Shown: one piece after another, positions 23,012 to 24,000 of the stretch
How the letters are laid out: every line of letters starts with the position of its first letter
Numbering within the stretch: the first letter of the stretch is position 1
NCBI GenBank assembly: GCA_910585265.1
Contig: CAJUCA010000005.1
Coordinates: 11,343-35,342, forward strand
Reading direction: 5' to 3'
Origin: an uncultured Oscillospiraceae bacterium
GTDB taxonomy: Bacteria; Bacillota; Clostridia; Oscillospirales; Oscillospiraceae
DNA: 24,000 nt
Made by a program: the position numbers and the translations under genes
Notes under the pieces: model-generated
Told to the model about the DNA's origin: nothing
Databases searched by the model: none
The model's input: the letters and a program-made list of their open reading frames with translations, nothing else

Positions 23012-24000
23012 TCAGTTTTTCAGGCTGTGGAGCGGCGCGGGAATCCGCCCGCCCCGGGCCACGAACTCCTCCGCGCTCCCGGTGTGGCAGGGCATCACCG
23101 GGGCGGAGCCTAACAGCCCGCCGAACTCCACCACGTCCCCCACCTGCTTCCCCGGCGCGGGGATGAGGCGGACGGCGGTGGTTTTCTGGTTCACCATGCC
23201 GATGGCGGCCTCGTCCGCGATGATGGCGGACAGGGCGGCGGCGGAGGTGTCCCCGGGGACGGCGATCATGTCCAGCCCCACGGAACACACGCAGGTCATG
23301 GCCTCCAGCTTGTCCAGGGTGAGGGCGCCGGACTGGGCGGCGGCGATCATGCCCTCGTCCTCGCTCACCGGGATGAAGGCCCCGGACAGCCCCCCCACCG
23401 AGGAGGACGCCATCACCCCGCCCTTCTTCACCGCGTCGTTCAGCAGGGCCAGGGCGGCGGTGGTGCCGTGCCCGCCGCACCGCTCCAGCCCCATCTCCTC
23501 CAGAATCCGGGCCACGCTGTCCCCCACGGCGGGGGTGGGGGCCAGGGACAGGTCCACGATCCCGAAGGGCACGCCCAGGCGCGCGCTGGCCTCCCGGGCC
23601 ACCAGCTGGCCCATGCGGGTCACCTGGAAGGCGGTCTTTTTGATCAGCTCCGCCACCACGTCGAAGGGCTGGCCCTTCACGGACTGGAGGGCGTGGTACA
23701 CCACGCCGGGGCCGGACACCCCCACGTTGATCACCCGCTCCGCCTCCCCCACGCCGTGGAAGGCCCCGGCCATGAAGGGGTTGTCCTCCACCGCGTTGCA
23801 GAACACCACCAGCTTGGCGCAGCCGAAGCCGCCCCGGTCGGCGGTGCGCTCCGCCGCGGCCTTGATGGTCTCCCCCATGAGGCGCACCGCGTCCATATTG
23901 ATGCCCGCCTTGGTGGAGCCCACGTTGACGGAGGAGCACACCACGTCGGTGACGGCCAGGGCCTCCGGGATGGCGGCGATGAGCTTTTTGTCCGCCTCGG
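23012..24000 (-). CDS. UPF0210/PFL_2 (DUF711) family protein, 5'-partial (continues beyond the window)
   Basis: The reading frame is open to the window edge (...[38 protein letters not shown]...). The [17 protein letters not shown] and [15 protein letters not shown] blocks are typical of UPF0210. The stop is TGA (complement of 23012-23014). Confidence 0.9.
   Translation of the reverse strand, partial: EADKKLIAAIPEALAVTDVVCSSVNVGSTKAGINMDAVRLMGETIKAAAERTADRGGFGCAKLVVFCNAVEDNPFMAGAFHGVGEAERVINVGVSGPGVVYHALQSVKGQPFDVVAELIKKTAFQVTRMGQLVAREASARLGVPFGIVDLSLAPTPAVGDSVARILEEMGLERCGGHGTTAALALLNDAVKKGGVMASSSVGGLSGAFIPVSEDEGMIAAAQSGALTLDKLEAMTCVCSVGLDMIAVPGDTSAAALSAIIADEAAIGMVNQKTTAVRLIPAPGKQVGDVVEFGGLLGSAPVMPCHTGSAEEFVARGGRIPAPLHSLKN

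Noticed and set aside
569-23939. Many long ORFs lie antisense to, or out of frame with, the called genes. Examples are 569-1555(-), 2720-4363(-), 4881-6392(+), 7488-8480(-), 8980-10338(-), 10642-11574(-), 10896-12209(+), 14576-16063(-), 16159-18480(-), 18290-19549(-), 20570-22051(-) and 22779-23939(-).
   Set aside because: Their translations are low-complexity Gly/Pro/Arg/His/Ala-rich strings with no recognisable motifs and no RBSs. Each overlaps a gene with clear family signatures on the other strand or frame. This is the typical stop-codon-poor artefact of GC-rich DNA.

Overview
This is a visibly GC-rich chromosomal segment (GC not computed). Its gene content looks Firmicutes/Clostridia-like, inferred from DegV, split sdaAB/sdaAA, DUF1540, UPF0210, PadR-DUF1700 and AGGAGG-type RBSs. 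I can support 24 protein-coding genes, almost all housekeeping. They are: the tail of a sugar ABC transporter (2 permeases) with a LacI regulator and malQ; an alpha/beta hydrolase with a flavodiiron protein (minus strand); degV; glf plus a GT2 glycosyltransferase; trxA; a CNNM/CorC-type transporter; sdaAB-sdaAA-DUF3795; a 70-aa ORF; a polytopic membrane protein; a DUF1540 protein; ilvB-ilvN-ilvC; PadR, a DUF1700/DUF4097 protein and an S41-like lipoprotein; and a partial UPF0210 gene. I saw no rRNA, tRNA, CRISPR array, transposase, integrase or recognisable defence genes, and I could not identify a novel multi-gene system. The long ORFs antisense to the called genes are GC-composition artefacts. 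The unusual signals are non-coding and cluster at gene 3' ends, between stop codon and terminator. (i) Two ~160-bp long-hairpin MITE-like elements (14092-14252 and 22852-23011) have perfect 17-18 bp terminal inverted repeats and TNA flanks that coincide with stop codons. Their arms differ between copies but stay complementary, and their 22-nt apex is identical. A solo end lies at 11971-11986. (ii) AGCG-rich hairpin modules with conserved inner sequence and covarying outer stems follow glf, trxA and the DUF1540 gene; two of them are bracketed by 12-15 bp direct repeats. (iii) A displaced relic of the glf 3' end lies 158 bp downstream of the live one. (iv) A promoter-proximal terminator sits in the ilvB leader with no T-box or leader-peptide features. 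All coordinates and pairings were worked out by hand. Family assignments rest on recognised motifs, not database searches.
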